From: Balamuthia mandrillaris
Taxonomy: Eukaryota
NCBI GenBank assembly: GCA_031835245.2
Contig: JAVKOQ020000027.1
Location: 124,001-188,000 of the forward strand
Reading direction: 5' to 3'
DNA: 64,000 nucleotides
Shown: positions 13,028 to 26,545 of the stretch, one piece after another
How the letters are laid out: each line of letters begins with the position of its first letter
Numbering within the stretch: the stretch's first letter is position 1
Notes under the pieces: model-generated
The model's database searches: none
What the model was told of the DNA's origin: nothing
What the model saw: the letters and a program-made list of their open reading frames with translations, nothing else
Position numbers and translations under genes: made by a program

Positions 13028-15549
13028 CCAAGAAACGATCTTCTTCAGGGGTGTAGGCCTTGGTCTTGTTGGTATAGGCAATCTTGAGCTGGGTCCAAGG
13101 GTTCTTGTACCGAGAGACCTTGCTCCGCAACGCCTGCACCATCTCCTCCCTACGATGTATCTTGGCCTCCCCCTTCTCTATGTTTGTCTTGACCCGCTCC
13201 CAGTCCTTCAGCATTGTGGGTCCGTACTTCCAAAAGGCCTTGGAATATGCCGTGACTTGCTGAAGGGACTTGGACTCCACGGCTTGAGCGATGGCCTCTA
13301 AGTCACGACGACCGAACCTCTCACAAGCCTTGACAAACGACTGAAAATCTCTTCTGTTCCAATCGGCAAAGCCTTGAGTAAGCAGTTCATCCTTCTCAGC
13401 TCGCTCTTCTTCTGTCAGATCCCCAAAGTCGGGTTCCTTCTCTTCCTCTTGTTCTTGTTCTTCCTCTCCTTCCTCTGCAGCAGCAGACGCTCGTCCAGAA
13501 TGCCCCTCCAAGGCTTTGTTCTTCTTGTACTCCAATCTAGCTCTGAATGCTGCTGTCTCCTTTTCCAAAAGCTCTGAAACACGTGGAGGGTAGAACTGAA
13601 AGTCGTGAATGACAGGCTGCTTGGGAGGGCGAGGAAGCGTGGGCTTCTTGGCAGGGGTAGTGCGCATGACTTCACGATAGTAGTTGTCAACTGAGTAATT
13701 CTGTTTGCGGGTACGAGCGGGCAGTTTGATCCAACTCAGCTGCCTCTTCTTCTTGCTGTGGAGAGCAGAGTAGTCCACGCCATCAAACTGGTAGACGCTG
13801 CCAAACTCAGAATCTCCAGAGGAGAAGTTAAGAAGGCTCTGTGAGTTGTTGCTCAGCTTTTCGTTCAGGGACTCAGTGCGTTTGGCTCCTTTGGAGATGA
13901 TGAGGTCAATGTCCTCATCGGTGATGGTGCTGCCTTTAGACTTGAAGATCTTGTCAGCACCAAAGCGAATCATTGCGAGAAGCTCCTCTTTGTCCAAGGC
14001 CTTGTGCTTCTCCACGAGCTGACCTTGTCTGATGACGAGGGCATCCAGATGGAGCTTAGCCTCGGCTCGCTCCACCACTTTTTCCTCAATGGCATCCTCC
14101 GTGACGAACCTGTAGACGTTGACCTGTTTGGTCTGACCTATGCGATGTGCCCGGTCTTGCGCCTGCAAGTCCACTTGAGGATTCCAATCGCTGTCGTAGA
14201 GGATGACGGTGTCGGCGGTGGCCAAGTTGATGCCCAGGCCTCCTGCTCTGGTAGAGAGGAGAAAAATGAAGATGGAGGAGTCAGGCTCGTTGAACTCATC
14301 GATATACTGCCCTCTTTCCTCGCCGGAGGTGGAACCGTCGATGCGGCGGTACTCGTAGTCCCGCATGACCAGATAGTCCTCCAGAATGTCTAGCAGGCGC
14401 GTCATTTGGCTAAAGATGAGTACGCGGGAACCTTGTTGTTTCAACCGAGGCAGTAACTTGTCTAGCACCACCATTTTGCCAGAGTTAGTGACCAAGTGCT
14501 CTCCGTTTGTGTAAGGAGGACCTGGCTCAGCGCCATCAAAAAGATAGGGATGGTTGCAGGCCTTTCGCAGTTGCATCACGATGTTGAGCAGGCGCATCTG
14601 CCCGGCTTTGCCGCCTACAATTCCGTTTATGGCCTCTATGTCCTTGCTCAAAATTTTGGTGTACCATTCTCGCTGCATGGCCGACATTCCGACAAACAGC
14701 TTGGTCTCCACTTTGGGAGGCAGGTTGCGCTCCACATCGCTTTTCAGCCGCCGAAGAAGGAAGGGCCTCAACACCTTGTGCAGCTTCTCCACCATGTCAT
14801 TCTGGTTGTTTCCGCCCATCTCTCCCAAGTTGAACCATGAGTCAAAGTCCTCGGCGGAACCAAATACGTCTGGTAGCAAAAAGTTGAGCAAAGCCCAAAG
14901 TTCATGCAAATTGTTCTATAGAACACAACTTAAGTCAGTAAATGCAAGAAGGTAAGGAGAAAAAGAGAACGAATGTAACGCCAGCGAACGAAGAAAGACG
15001 GATAAGAAATTAGAACAAAGAAAAAAGATCATAGAAAAAGCACCTGAAGAGGTGTGCCAGTTAACAACAAGCGATACTGGCTGCTATACATGCGCACAAT
15101 TTTGGACAAGACAGACTGTTCGTTCTTGATGCGATGAGCCTCGTCGATAATGAGGTATCTCCAACTAAACTTGCGAAGTGCCGCCTTCTCCATGATGGCA
15201 ATCTCATAGGTAGTAACCACACAGTCGAACTTGCCAGCCACCAATGCTTCCTCTTTTAGTTTCGCCTGTTTTGCCATTGTTATTTCATTCTTAGAAGCAA
15301 AGAAAAAAAAAGGTGAAAGAAGCAAGCAGAAAACAGAACAAAGAAAGAAGGCAGAAAAAAAAACAAGAAACAAAATCAAAGGAAAAGAAGAAACAAATAC
15401 CCTTTCGTCCTTGCTGCCATGAAACTTAAACACAGCGAGAGAGGGACACCACCGCCTAAACTCATTGATCCAGTTCTGGAGGGTGGACTTTGGGGTGATG
15501 ATGAGGTGCGGTCCTCCCAGCCCTCTCTCGTTCTTCAGGAAGCCCAGCA

Positions 15550-15583
<34 letters not shown>

Positions 15584-16453
15584 CTCATCGGCAAGAATGC
15601 CGTTGATACCATTCTCGTAGAGCTTGATGAGCCAGTTGAGGCCGTGCAGCTGATAGTCTCGCATAGTGCCGCCGGTGATCCAAGAGGGAGAGGCCGTGAG
15701 GCGCGTCCCTGTCGGTGGGGCCTCCTCCTCCTCGAGCGCCTCTTCAAGGATTTCCTCGTCCTCCTCCTTTTCTGTCTTTCGGCCTCTCCTTGTGGAGGAG
15801 GCACCACGACCTCCTCTCTCTTCTTTCTTTACGCTGGTGGCTTGGCCTTTCACAAAGTGAGTGAAGATCTCGCTCTGTTGAAGCAGATACTTGAACCTGT
15901 CCGTGCTTGCTTTTTGCTGATTTATTTTGTAGTTGAAAGAGAAGAAGGAAAAGAAGAAGAGAGAAGAGAGAAGATAGGAACACAAGAAGAGAAGGAGGAA
16001 ACATTAGAAAGAGTTCAGAGTGAGGAGGTTTTGAAGAGAAAAAAAAAAACAAACTTCTTTAGACTCCACTTCGGCGTTTTGTTGTTTTCTGGCTTCTTCG
16101 AGGATGGCCTTTTGTCGTTTACGCAAGTCACGCAGCCGCTCTTGATCCCTTTTCGCGATTTCTTTCAGCTGCTGTTGTCTGTGTTCTTCCTCGCCATCCA
16201 TCTCAGGCTGTTCTTCCTTGCCTTCTTCGTCCATTCTTGCCTCTGTCGCCTCCTCCTCCTCTTCATTATTGTTGTTTTTCAAACGTTCCTTCCCTTTGTC
16301 CTTCTTTTCCTCCTCTTGCTCCCTCCCATCCCGTCCCTCCTCTTCTCGCTCCACATTGTGCTTCTCCTGGCCCTGTTCTGCTGCTTCTTCTTCTTTGGCA
16401 ACCTCGTCCATGGGAGTTGTTTCCCCTTCTCCCTTCGCCTCCGAGGAGCTCAT
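12552..16453 (-). CDS. ISWI: ISWI/SMARCA5-type chromatin remodelling ATPase (SNF2 helicase, HAND-SANT-SLIDE)
   Basis: [56 protein letters not shown]. Confidence 0.96.
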
Positions 16454-16841
16454 CCTAAAGATATCTCTGCAAAAAAAAAAAAAGCAATGAGTGTGAGCGC
16501 GACGTTTAATCCTCAAAAAAAAAAGTCGCTCACCTCTCTTCCCCTGCCGCTCAGCAGTGCGCGTGTCTTCCTGTGTGCTTTCTTTTCTCTTTTTTTATTT
16601 CTTGGCAGGTTTTTTTTTTGTTGTTTCAAGTTGGCGTCCGTTCGAATCTCACTAATTGCAATTTCTTTTTTTTTTTTTTTGCTTTTCCCCTCTTATTGAC
16701 GTCGGTTCAACTCTCACTGGGCACTCTCTTTGTTTCTTAAAGCGGAAGAAAAGAAAAGAACAGGCAAAGAATAAAAAAGATGAGAAGCTGGCATGGTGGT
16801 GGTGGGGTTCGGTCTTTTTGTTTTAGATGGGGTTGGCGATC

Positions 16842-17262
16842 TCATGTGAGAATGTAGCGGTCGGGGTTGGAATAGCTTGCTCCACTTCTCATGGAGTCGG
16901 CGTGGTTCTGGTAGATCATTTTCTCCTTGATGCCCAGTGACAACTTCAATTTTCTCCTACAAATGAAAACATTGTTAGCCAGAAATGAAACGACAAGAAA
17001 GATAAACAGGAAAAAGAGGAACGGGAAAAGGCTACCCTAGGTCCATTATTTTGTCTTCATCAGAGCTCCTGTTCCAAAGAGCGATTTTATCTCCTGCCTT
17101 TCGTTTAGACATGACTGCCCCACAAATCTCATCTCCTCCTTCCAACGTTTCGCCGATCATAGCGAGTACCTTCGTAATATGGACGGATTGGGAAGCATTA
17201 GTTCCAAAATGTGCACAGGTGAGGCGAAGGATGAAGAAGAGGGATAGGAGAGAGGTGAGCCT

Positions 17263-17311
<49 letters not shown>

Positions 17312-18193
17312 GAAAGGGGAAAGGAAGGGGATGGACAAGACAGAGAAGAGAGGAAGTGAAGAGGCGCAGAAGGATGGAAGAGGAATAAATGATGAGATAG
17401 CCGCAAGCGTACCAGATCTTCCCAATATTGATCTGTCTTTTGCGGAGAGCGTTTCACCTGAACGATCCATTTCCCTCCCTATTTAAGTAGCATGCATAAG
17501 CAAAAACACTTTGTCAGGAGCAAATAACGAGAGAGAGAGAGAGAGAGAGAGAATTAAGAGGAGAAAGAGCAGGGAACAAAGCGTGACAGAGTAGAGGAAA
17601 GGCGGAGCGGTAACGTACGTTGGCATTGGCGGGGTCCTCCCACATGGGCTTGACGCCCTGCTTGAACAAATGGTAGTTGGCATTGTTTTCGAGCTCGCTC
17701 GGCTTCACCATATGATTATAATACCTGAAAATTAGTATTGCCAAGAGAGCTCAAAATCAGAACACCGTCGGAAAGGAAGAAACCGGAGGAGAAGGAAAAA
17801 AAAAACAGTATTCGGAAGAAGAAAGCAATAGATGACGAAAAAAAAAAAGGTACCTCCAAAAATCTTCTACACTGCCAAAAGTCCCGATTTCTTGCAAGTT
17901 GGACTCGAACATTTGCCTCTCTCCGCGGACGCGTCCTCCCTTTGGCAACAACCGACGCTTGTCGTACCAAAACGTCCATTCAAACTGCATTGTTTTTCGT
18001 TTTTTTGTAATTTGTTTGTAAAACGATTAAAACGCTACGTGTAACACGATGATTGAAGACCGAACAAGAAGAAGGAGAGGAAAATAAACAACCAAATAAA
18101 AAAACGATAACAAACCTCAAGAGGGTGTTTTATAGATAAATCAATTCCAGAAGGAGCCACCTCCTCTGTAGGCGTTTGCTCTTGGTCTTGCAT
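16842..18193 (-). CDS. EIF4E: Translation initiation factor eIF4E family protein, multi-exon
   Basis: KHPL..EWTFWYD, TFGSVEDFWRYY, YHLFKQGVKPMWEDPAN, EICGAVMSKRKAGDKIALWN. Confidence 0.92.
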
Positions 18194-18565
18194 CTCCGTT
18201 GTTCTTATTTTTTTTCTCTCTCTCTCTCTCTCTCTCCACTACTCCTACTCTTACTCCTACTACTCTTTTTTGTTTATTTTTTAAAACAACAACACCAAAC
18301 GATGTGATTGATGTTTGTGCTTCTTCTCTTTCGGCTGCTACGCTTTTTTTTTATTTTATTTTTTGTTTTTTTTTTCATTTTTTGATTTTTTGTAGACGTG
18401 TCGACGGCCCGAAGCCAATTTTCATCGAAAAAATGAGATCATGCTTTCGATCCGAGTCGAACCGGCGCATGGTAATCAATTTTTGCAGGAGTATGTTGCA
18501 TACAGTAGGATTCGAACTGGCGGCCAACTGAAGCGAAACAACAAAAAAAAAAGAAGAGAGAGAAG

Positions 18566-19473
18566 ATGGAAGAGGACGACTCCTTCGACTTTTACGACGA
18601 CGATTTACACTCGGGCGGTCGTCCCAAGGAAGAGGAAGAAGAGGAGCAGGAGGAAAGACGTGCCCCAAAGGCTTCCTCCTCATCGAGACACAAAATGGTA
18701 CCGTCGTTTTTCCCCTGCTACCCTTTATTTTTTTATGATTTTACAAAACAAAAGAAAATAACACTCACCGCTACGCTTTTGATGACCAATCAAAAAAAAA
18801 AAAAAAAAGGAAGAGGAAGATGATCTGCTGTACGGCGATCTGGATGCCAACGCAGGGCAGTGGGGAGAGGACGATGAGGATAAGAAAAGGGAGGAAGACT
18901 TCTCCAACGTGGAAAAGGAGGACCTCGCCGACTCTTTGGAGCTTGACCTGTATGCTGTAGGCGAGCCGAAGCAAACGCGCGCGGAATCTACCCCCTCTTC
19001 TGCTGCTCTCTCCCAGAGCCCAACCGGCCGCACAACTGCGCTCTCTAGTACAGCCACTCCATCTCCATCAACAGCTTCTCAGGTTTTTTTTTTGCCCTTC
19101 CTATTCTTCCTTCTTCCTTCTTCTTCTTCTCAATCTTTCTACTTATTTCTGTTATTTTCTTCTCGTTTCTGTTCTGTTCTTTCATCTTCCTTCTGCCGGT
19201 TCCTTCTTCCTTCTATCCCCTTTCGCTCTGCTTCGTTCTTTACTCTGCATTTTTATGGCCTGCTTCTAACAATTCAAACACCCTAGTCTGCCTCTGTTCC
19301 ACCAACTGAGTCTGCTCAACCGACTGCTGTCTCACCTTTAGGTATGCCTTTCTTGCCCATCGTCTTATTTAACCCATTCTTACTCTGCTTTCTTTCCTTA
19401 TGATAGAAATACATCAAACAGCTTTATTCATTGGCAACCTTACTTGGGTGAGTCTCTCTCTCTTTTATAGTTC

Positions 19474-19516
<43 letters not shown>

Positions 19517-21025
19517 GCTCACACCGTTTTTCTGCCTAAAGTGGACCACTGATCAAGACTTGGAAGATGTAGCCGCAGAGTTTGGCAAGGTAAAGAAAAT
19601 AAAATTTGCAGAGAACAAAAGCAACGGAAAATCCAAAGGTTATGCCATGGTTGAGTTTTATGACCCTGCAGCCGCTCGCGCCTGTTTAGAGAAGCTGCAA
19701 GGCAGAAAGCTTCATGGCAATCCATGCATGGTTAACTACGTCTCCCAGAGCACACTCAACAGAGAGTTGTTCAATGCCGCTCATCGAGGCGTTAAAATCG
19801 CTCGTACAGGCAAGCGTCTCTCATCCCTTTTCAAGAACAGAGGGAGCAACCTTTTGCTTCTGTATTGCTAAGTGACTAACTCGCAAAATAAATAGGCGGT
19901 ACAATGGGTGGTAGAGGAGGGCCAATGGGAGTGCAACCCCTACCAGGCCCTAGTAGTGGTAGAGGTGGAGGAGGTCCACCAGGAGGAGCACCACCAGTCT
20001 CTTTTATTCATCCACATCAACAAGGGAGAGGAGAGGGTGGCCCTTCTGCTAGTGGCAGAGGAGGCTATGAATCGGGCTATGGCGGTCGTGGAAGAGGAAG
20101 AGGAAGAGGAAGCAGCGGTGGTGATGGAGGTATGGGAAGAGGATCACCCAGTGGCGAAGGAGGAGGACGAGGAGGAGGATGGCCTCCTGGAGGTGGCGGC
20201 ATGGGCATGCCTTATGGTGGAGGCGGGGGTGGAAGTGGTCCTATGGGCCATCCTTCCGCTGGAGGAAGAGGCGGCCCACCAATGGGAGTGCCTCCAGTGG
20301 TGGTTGGCGGCGGCGGTGGAGGTCGTGGATGGCCGATGCATCCGGGAGGCAGGCAGCCCTATCCTGGTTCTGTAATGCCTCCTTATGGTTTGTTGTTTAA
20401 AATTATTTTGTTCTTCAACATTGTTATTTCTTTCTTTGCTGCAAACCTCAGACCCCTTTTCTATTCCTCTTCTTTTATTCTCTCTTTCTCTTCTCTTAAT
20501 CTTTGTTCTCTGTTGTCGTTTGTTCTCTTTTGTTCTATTTCTTTTATTAATAGTACATTCACCGAAACAACAGGAATGGTCCCTCCAGGAGTAGCACCAC
20601 ACTTCAACCCGGCATTCTTCCCCCATGGGGGACCCCCACCAACGGGAGGCGGAGGGGAGGATCCCTATCGCAGCGGCGGCGATGGAAGACGAAGAGGAGG
20701 GGAAGATGACTTTTATCACCGCAGTGATCGCGATAGGGACCGAGACAGAGAACGGGAGAGAGATAGGGACAAAGAGAGAGACAGAGATAGAGACAGAGAA
20801 AGAGAACGAGGAAGAAGCAGAGAATCGACATCGTCCAGCAGCCGAAAGAGAGAAAGAGAAGAGAGACGGTCTCCGCGTGCTTCCTCCAGCAGATCCTCCA
20901 CCGACGAACGAAGTGGCGGCAGTCGAAAGAAGCATTCCTCTTCCTCTTCCTCCTCTTCGTCCTCGTCCTCCTCCTCTTCGTCTTCGTCTCACAGCCGGCG
21001 GTCAAGAAGTGGTTCCAAGGGATAG
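18566..21025 (+). CDS. CPSF6: CFIm large subunit CPSF6/7-like (RRM, Gly/Pro-rich region, RS/RD/RE tail)
   Basis: LFIGNLTW-WTTDQDLE...KFAENKSNGKSKGYA, PHFNPAFF, RDRDRE tail. Confidence 0.88.
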
Positions 21026-21262
21026 AGTTAACACCACCACCACCACAACGCAGCTGCTGCTTTTTTTTTTTGTAAAGAAAGAAAGAAAGAGAAACAAAGT
21101 CATATTTTTTTTCATATTTTTTATTTCAAAACAAAGCGATATAAAGAAAAAGAATTGTCTTTTTTGTTTACATATTGGAAAGAGAAGATGAGCAGAGATG
21201 AGATGAGGTGTGTTAAAAAAATAATGAGAGAATAACTTAAAACAAAACAAAAAAAAAAAAGA

Positions 21263-22132
21263 TCAAAAGAGAGAACACGGCCCGCCTCTTCTCTTTCCAC
21301 CTCCCCCGCCGCTCCCTTTCTTCTTGCCTCCCGCTCCGTCCTTGCCGCCGCCCTGCCCTCCTCCATGCGAGTCAGAGGCCCCCTCCCGGATCTTCTTTAT
21401 CTCGGTGACGAGCTGGTAGAAGCACTCCTCCACGTTGGTGCGGGTCTTGGCGCTGGCCTCCAGGAAGAGGCTGCCGTAGCTCTTGGCCAGGTCCTCCCCT
21501 TCCGTGACCGACACCTCGCGGTGCTCCGCCAGGTCGCACTTGTTCCCCACGATCATGATGTTGTTGGCCCGCTCCGTGTCCTTCACCCTGAGGATCTGTT
21601 TGTGAAACTTGGGCAGCTCGTCAAAGGAGATGCGGGAGGTGATGTCGTAGACGATGAGGAAGCCCTCGCACTCCCGGATCCACTGGTCGCGCAGCGCCGA
21701 GAACTCCTCCTGCCCGGCCGTGTCCAGGATTTCGAGCATGTAGGTCTCGTCCCCCACCCTGACTTGTTTTCTCTGTTTGGTGTTTGGGCGGAGAGTATAG
21801 AAAGAAGGAGAAGAAGAAGAACAAGAAGAAGGAGGGGGATGAGAAGAAAAAGAAGAACATACCTTTGTTATTTTGAAGAAGAAAGAAAACTGCGGAATAA
21901 GCGAAGGATACGTACGTAGGAGTCTTCGATGGTTGGATCGTATTCTTCTATAAAGGTTTGAGAGACCAGCTGTATGGTCAGGGCTGTTTTACCTGTTGCG
22001 GAGAGAAGGGGGAAAAAAAAAAGTTAATGACAACAGAACTTTTGTGACCGATCGAGTAAACTACGAACCGACGCCGCCGTCTCCAAGAATACAAAGTTTC
22101 ATGTTGGAAGTGCCAGGGGGTTGCGTCTTCAT
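21263..22132 (-). CDS. Ras family small GTPase
   Basis: [46 protein letters not shown]-terminal CaaX CSLF. Confidence 0.95.
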
Positions 22133-22531
22133 TTTTGTTTGTTTTTACCGTTGCTCTTTTACCGTCGAAGCACAATTGTGTGGATAAACACTGCACTATA
22201 TATCTCGATCCCTATCTTCTTCTTTTGCTTTAGCGCTTTGAAACCCCCTTTTCTCTCTGCGGTTGTTCTGCTGTGTCAGTTTTTCTTCTTTGTTTTGTTT
22301 TTTGTTTGAGGGGGTAAGTTTTTACCCTTCTCCCTGCCGACCAACAACAAACAAGAAATATTCTCCAAATATTTCGTTAACGCTAGTGCGCTGAAGGGAC
22401 GTTTGGCATCCATATTAGGAGAACAATGTCCCTTTGGCAAACAAGCGAAAAAATCATTCGTTGCATATTAATACCAAGCAAAGAAGATAGAGCGGGGTCC
22501 ATCGCCCTTCCGAACATTCACCGTTCAAACA

Positions 22532-24317
22532 ATGAAACGGCCTGCGTCCTTGAGGATGCGCCTCTTCCTCGTGCTTGTGGCAGTCGCTGGCCTGCAGGAG
22601 GTGCACGGCGGCAGGAAATTATGTCCCTCGGACAGGACTCGAGTGCATGAGGCTAAAGTGCCGGAGGGCTTCTGTGCAGTGACTTGGGCAAAAGACGTCA
22701 GCGGACCCAGGGGCATTGCGTAGGATTATTCTTTGTCTTCCCGCATCACTCCATTAAGAAACCTCTCTCCGTTTCCGACGCTCTCTCTCATTTGACTCTG
22801 CTCGAAAAAAGGGTTGCCACGAATGGAGACGTGTTGGTCGTAGAGACGCGGAGGCACAGAATAACAGTGTTGTGGGATGCCGATGGGGACGGAGAATCGG
22901 TAAAGGGAGAGCGAGCAGTTCTGGCCTTCGGCCCGGCATTTAGCCACGGCATCGCCATAGACGCTGTCAACCGTTGGCTCTATGCCTCCACGTACGCTTT
23001 CATTGTCTTTCTGTCTCCCTTCTTATCCGCTTCTCTTCAACAAAACAAAACAAAAAACCAAAGGGCTGGCGAAGTATACCGGTGGCGTTATGCAGCTGGC
23101 AATAGAAGCTTTTTGGGAGAGGGCGAGGTCGTGGTGAACATGATGCCGGAAGATGGGCACTTCACGCGCACTCTCCTGGTTGACCCGCTCGGACGCCTTC
23201 TCATCAGGTTCGTTTGTTTTCTTCTCGTCGCTTCAGTCGCTTCGTTCCTATCTTTACGGAGATCTGATGGGAAAATAAGCGTGGGGAGTGCCAGCAACGT
23301 GGATCACGATGTTCGCAGAGCGGCTGTCTTTCGGGTGGAGCTTCCTCTGCAGCAAACGTTGGAGAAGGCCAAAAAACAGGTGGTCCATTGGGCCGATGCT
23401 ACCATCATAGCTTCTGGTTCATTCCTTCTTCCTTCTTCCTTCTACCTCCTTGGTTGACCGTCTTCATTATTTGGAATGAGAACAGGTCTAAGAAATGAGG
23501 TTGGAATAGACTTTGACGCGGAGGGAAGGCTTTGGGGCGTGGAAAATGGCGTCGATCGTTTGGTGCGCAGCGACATGGGCGACATCCACAACGACAACCC
23601 CGCCGAAGAGGTCAACTTGATTTGGTCTCCTTCCCCCAACCAAGAAGATAACAACGAGAATACGTTCTTTGGCTACCCCTATTGTTGGAGCGAAGGAAAG
23701 TTAGCACCACTGAAGGGAGAAGGAGAGGGTACTCAATGGGCTCATCCCGAGTTCCTTCACGACGGCATTCACACAGACGAGTGGTGCCGCAACGAGAGCA
23801 ACGTGGTTCCTCCGCAGTACTGGCTGCCTGCTCATCTCGCTCCTTTGGATATTCTCTTTTATCATCATCAAGTGGAGGGTGAAGCGGGAGGAAGGAAGGT
23901 CGGGAGTAGAGCACCAGATCCTGCAGTGCCGATGGCCAAACGACTGTTGCCGACAGAGTGGGAGGGCGATGCTTTCGTTTCGAATCATGGCTCTTGGAAC
24001 AGGTTTCTTTTTCTTATTCCTTCTTCTATATCCACCTTTTTTATGTTTGAAAGTTAGAATGCGGCAACTGACAGCACACAAAACAAAAACAAAACAGAGA
24101 AATAACGGAAGGGAGAAATGTGTTACGGCTGCATTTCGAGGATGGTAAACCGGTCGAAAACTCGCTCTTCTTCTCGTACGGTGGACCGCCGGGAAAGATA
24201 TGGGGCCACAAGCTGGTAGGCTTGGCGCTTGGGCCTTGTGCCGATCAGAAGGAATGTCTGTTCATTGCCAGTGATTCTACGAATGTTATTTTTGCGGTTG
24301 GTAGGGCGGATTTATAG
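22532..24317 (+). CDS. Secreted glucose/L-sorbosone dehydrogenase-like beta-propeller protein
   Basis: Signal peptide; GHFTRTL, SVGSASNVD, GLRNEVGIDFD, DNPAEEVN, FGYPYCW, AHLAPLDI, HGSWNR motifs. Confidence 0.85.
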
Positions 24318-24379
24318 TTGTAGGGGTTCTCTTTACTGTTGAGTAAGATATAAAAGAAAAAGAAAAAGAAAAGAAAAAG

Positions 24380-24411
<32 letters not shown>

Positions 24412-24548
24412 GAAAAGAGTGTCACATTTACTGAAACGACTGAGAAGAAACTATGACTACAACTAGCAATTTAGTGCATTATGTACAGAAGGGAGAAAAA
24501 AACAAATAGAAGGGTGAGGGTTGATACATGTCCACATGGGTTCGTTTT

Positions 24549-24641
24549 TCATTTTTTCATCATAGCCTTCCTCTTTAATGCAGTGCACTCAGAACAGTAC
24601 CACTTGCCTTGAAAATGGAAAGAAAAAACAACTTTCAGTCT

Positions 24642-24685
<44 letters not shown>

Positions 24686-24769
24686 TACCTTTTGGAGGAG
24701 AGGTAAGGCCAACACATTCGAAATGGAACCATTCCACCCGACACTACCATTATTCACGTTCGTGATGTT

Positions 24770-24817
<48 letters not shown>

Positions 24818-25970
24818 TACGTCGGGATTATCGCAGCCAACCATCTCTCCAAAGGATACGCGATTGCAAATGCAATAGGTGGGCTCGTTTGGATCAATGG
24901 GCATGTCGCTGTCGACGTTCTGCACTCGCGCTTCCTCGGGCAGAAGCGCGGCTGCTGTTGACGCAGCTGCAGCTGATCTTTATACAATTAAAAGAATTAG
25001 GTTTAAAAAATGAGAACAGAGAAGAGCTGAAAACCAAAGAAGACAACAGAGGAAAGAGAGGGAAGAAGAAAAGAGAAATAAAGAAGAACAAGGGCTGCAA
25101 GAGCGAGAATGAAGAAAGTGGAGAAACAATGTACTTTCTACGACTTGTTTTTGGTGTTTGTTCTCGAGCTGGTGCCTTATGTCCTTTGGAGGTGTCCTTA
25201 GAGGAAGTGAAAGCAAAGGAGGGAGATCCTACGGAACCCTTGCCAGAGCTTGCCGCGCCTTTACGCCCTGGTGCTAATCGAGAAAAAAAGGCAACACCTT
25301 CAGAAATAAAAAGTAAAAGGAATGTCCATTCACAGCCAACATACTTTTCATTTGCTCTGTTCCTAACTCAGCTTCGAACTTCTTCAGATCAGCGTCCAAC
25401 CGCCGAATGTGCTTATCCACCTTTTTGGTTACGTTTAAGATAAGAACAAGAACAAGAAGAACAACAAGAAGAACAACAAGAACAAGAACAAGAACAAGAA
25501 CAAGAACAAGAACAAGAACAAGAACAAGAACAAGAACAAGAACAAGAACAAGAACAGCAAGAAGAAGAGCGACAACAAGAACGAGAACGAGAACGAGCAC
25601 AAGAAGCACTAGCACAAGAACAAGAAGAACGAAAAACAGCAACGAACCAGCTCGTAGGTATCGACCGCTAAGCTGACCTTCTCATCAGAATACTCCATGG
25701 CCTTTTTGAAGTCCTCCCTGATTTTCTGAAGGGCACGGTCATCGGTCACTGACTTGGTGTCCTTTGAGGTGCGTCGCTTCTGCAAGTAAGCTCTTGTGCT
25801 CTGTTCCAGTTTATCAAGCAAACCTTTTTGAATAGATCAATATAATGGTCATGTTGTTGGCGATGAAAGAGACAGGAAAAAATGGGTACTTTGGCTGCGC
25901 ACATCGAGTTCCTGCATGGTGGAAAAGGTCCTCTTCACTTCGACAGGCAGGCCCTCCACGCCTAGCCATC

Positions 25971-26013
<43 letters not shown>

Positions 26014-26104
26014 GAATGAATAAAACAAAACTGAGTTTAAAAAAAGATGGTGAAGATGAAGTTTTTTACTGACTTTCTAGATAATTGTCAAGGTAGGTGC
26101 CCAT
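24549..26104 (-). CDS. ING: Inhibitor of growth (ING4/5-like) PHD protein, multi-exon
   Basis: [78 protein letters not shown]. Confidence 0.93.
25442..25632. repeat. (AGAACA)n-type array in ING intron
   Basis: Tandem repeat visible in sequence. Confidence 0.9.
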
Positions 26105-26545
26105 GGCTGTCTGTTAAAAACGTTCCAAAAGATCCAACTGAGAGACTCAATCAAAGGGAAAGTCTTTGTGCCCTTTCTCTTCTTTCTCTGATGTCTACAA
26201 AATTTATTCGCTTGAGGCATACGTACGAGCCTCAAATATGTCCAGTGCAGGCCCGCCAGAACCTCAGTCAATCATCTGTATATCTTGGCCGTTCTCGTTT
26301 CCAACGCTTTCCCGCCAAATAAAAGAGAAACAATTGCGAAGCTCAAACGTCCATATGTCTACCCTGTTACAAACAGCAATTTTTCTGGGCATCCGAATGA
26401 GGAATTCTCAAACCCAGGGCTTTGGGCCTTATTTTTTTAAGGCCCACTTCTTAGGCCCAAAACACGTTTCAAAGTCCTGGGCCTAACTTTTTTAGACACG
26501 AAATTTCCCAGCAAAATTATTTATTCCACTTTATCGATAAAATTG

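Noticed and set aside
15419..16699. 426-aa plus-strand ORF and similar antisense ORFs (7152-7742, 10411-11448, 49712-50386)
   Set aside because: Antisense shadows of clearly identified genes (ISWI, PEX5, PEX14, H3)
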